From Azolla caroliniana (taxonomy: Eukaryota > Plantae > Polypodiophyta), in NCBI GenBank assembly GCA_043228905.1, contig JBHGNT010000001.1:18662001-18726000 (forward strand): DNA of 64,000 nucleotides, read 5' to 3'. Positions 63,281-64,000 of the stretch are shown in pieces. A program made the translations under genes and the position numbers. Under the pieces are notes generated by a model, which saw only the letters and a list, made by a program, of their open reading frames with translations, had not been told where the DNA came from and ran no database searches. Each line of letters starts with the position of its first letter. Within the stretch, counting starts at the first letter, position 1.

Positions 63281-63419
63281 AAAGGAAAGAAAATTGCTAG
63301 GTATATTTTTTAACCTATTTTAAAGATTCCCTAAAGGATGTATTTTTCTTTTTAATTAATTTTAATCTAATTATCAAAGTGGAGTATATGGGAACTCGAT
63401 GCACTGCATCAAGTTCGAG

Positions 63420-64000
63420 TTCTGATATGCTCTATGTGAACTCGATGCAGTCGTAATGTTAACTCTGCATTAGTTTGTGTGGCTTCCAACCATTCCTTCT
63501 TCATTAGCTCTGACACTCTTGTAGTTTGTTTGCACACCTCGGCCATATCTTTTGCTTCCTCTGTTGTTTTGGCAAGTTCTTGATGAACTTCGACAAATGT
63601 TACATGTGAGGCGGCATCTAGATAGCCATCCCTTTATTCCTGACATCTCTCTGCCATCTAATTCTATTCAGTTCGCATTCGTCTTCGGGCGCAATATCTC
63701 CTAGTGGCACTCGTTGAATCATCTCCCATTCCTTATGTTCTTGCACTAATTTGTCAGAAGTGAATTGTAGTTGTTTTGCTAACCACCGACCAACTCGTAT
63801 GATGTGCCAAATTGTAATATGGCCGGTAGTTCATGGGCAGCTGGTGGTATATCAGGTTTAGCTAAAACTTCATTGGTAGTTATGGTTGATGATTTTCCTC
63901 TTTCAATGGTGCATGTTAATGTCGTTGCATATTCCGTGTCTAGCACCTGCGTTGTTGTTACCCCGTACTATTGTGTTCAACGCTCTTTTATTAATCCCCC
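63420..64000 (-). pseudogene. Degenerate ORF for an unknown coiled-coil-like protein upstream of the methyltransferase-like gene
   Basis: Manual translation gives VHQELAKTTEEAKDMAEVCKQTTRVSELMKKEWLEATQTNAELTLRL, with frameshifts; runs off the window edge. Confidence 0.4.

Overview
Repeat-saturated eukaryotic DNA, most likely from a non-seed land plant such as a fern (inferred from Tcn1-type chromoviruses next to Met-primed copia families). No intact host gene is present. Most of the window is nested LTR retrotransposons. They include one intact, very young Tnt1/Tork-like copia (about 55358-60858, 1343-aa Gag-Pol), two full-length copies of one copia family (14784-20732 on -, 42603-48123 on +), a Met-primed chromovirus (11603-24092), three decayed Tcn1-like gypsy elements and several truncated copia fragments. 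Two non-retroviral relics stand out. (i) An intron-containing pseudogene at about 61410-63280 (-) whose C-terminal part has the signature of a beta-class N6-adenine/N4-cytosine DNA methyltransferase (VYNGD..ILDILP...LLVTDIPYG...WVKxN...R...VE); it adjoins an unclassified module that has a second diverged copy at about 49776-50700. (ii) A Sola2-like DNA transposon (about 27083-32017) with arrays of the palindrome TAGCTAATTAGCTA at both ends and inside a transposase intron. The Tcn1-like LTRs also carry an antisense tRNA-like module and heat-shock-element arrays, and one shows an apparent self-priming PBS. All calls come from manual reading; no database search was run.
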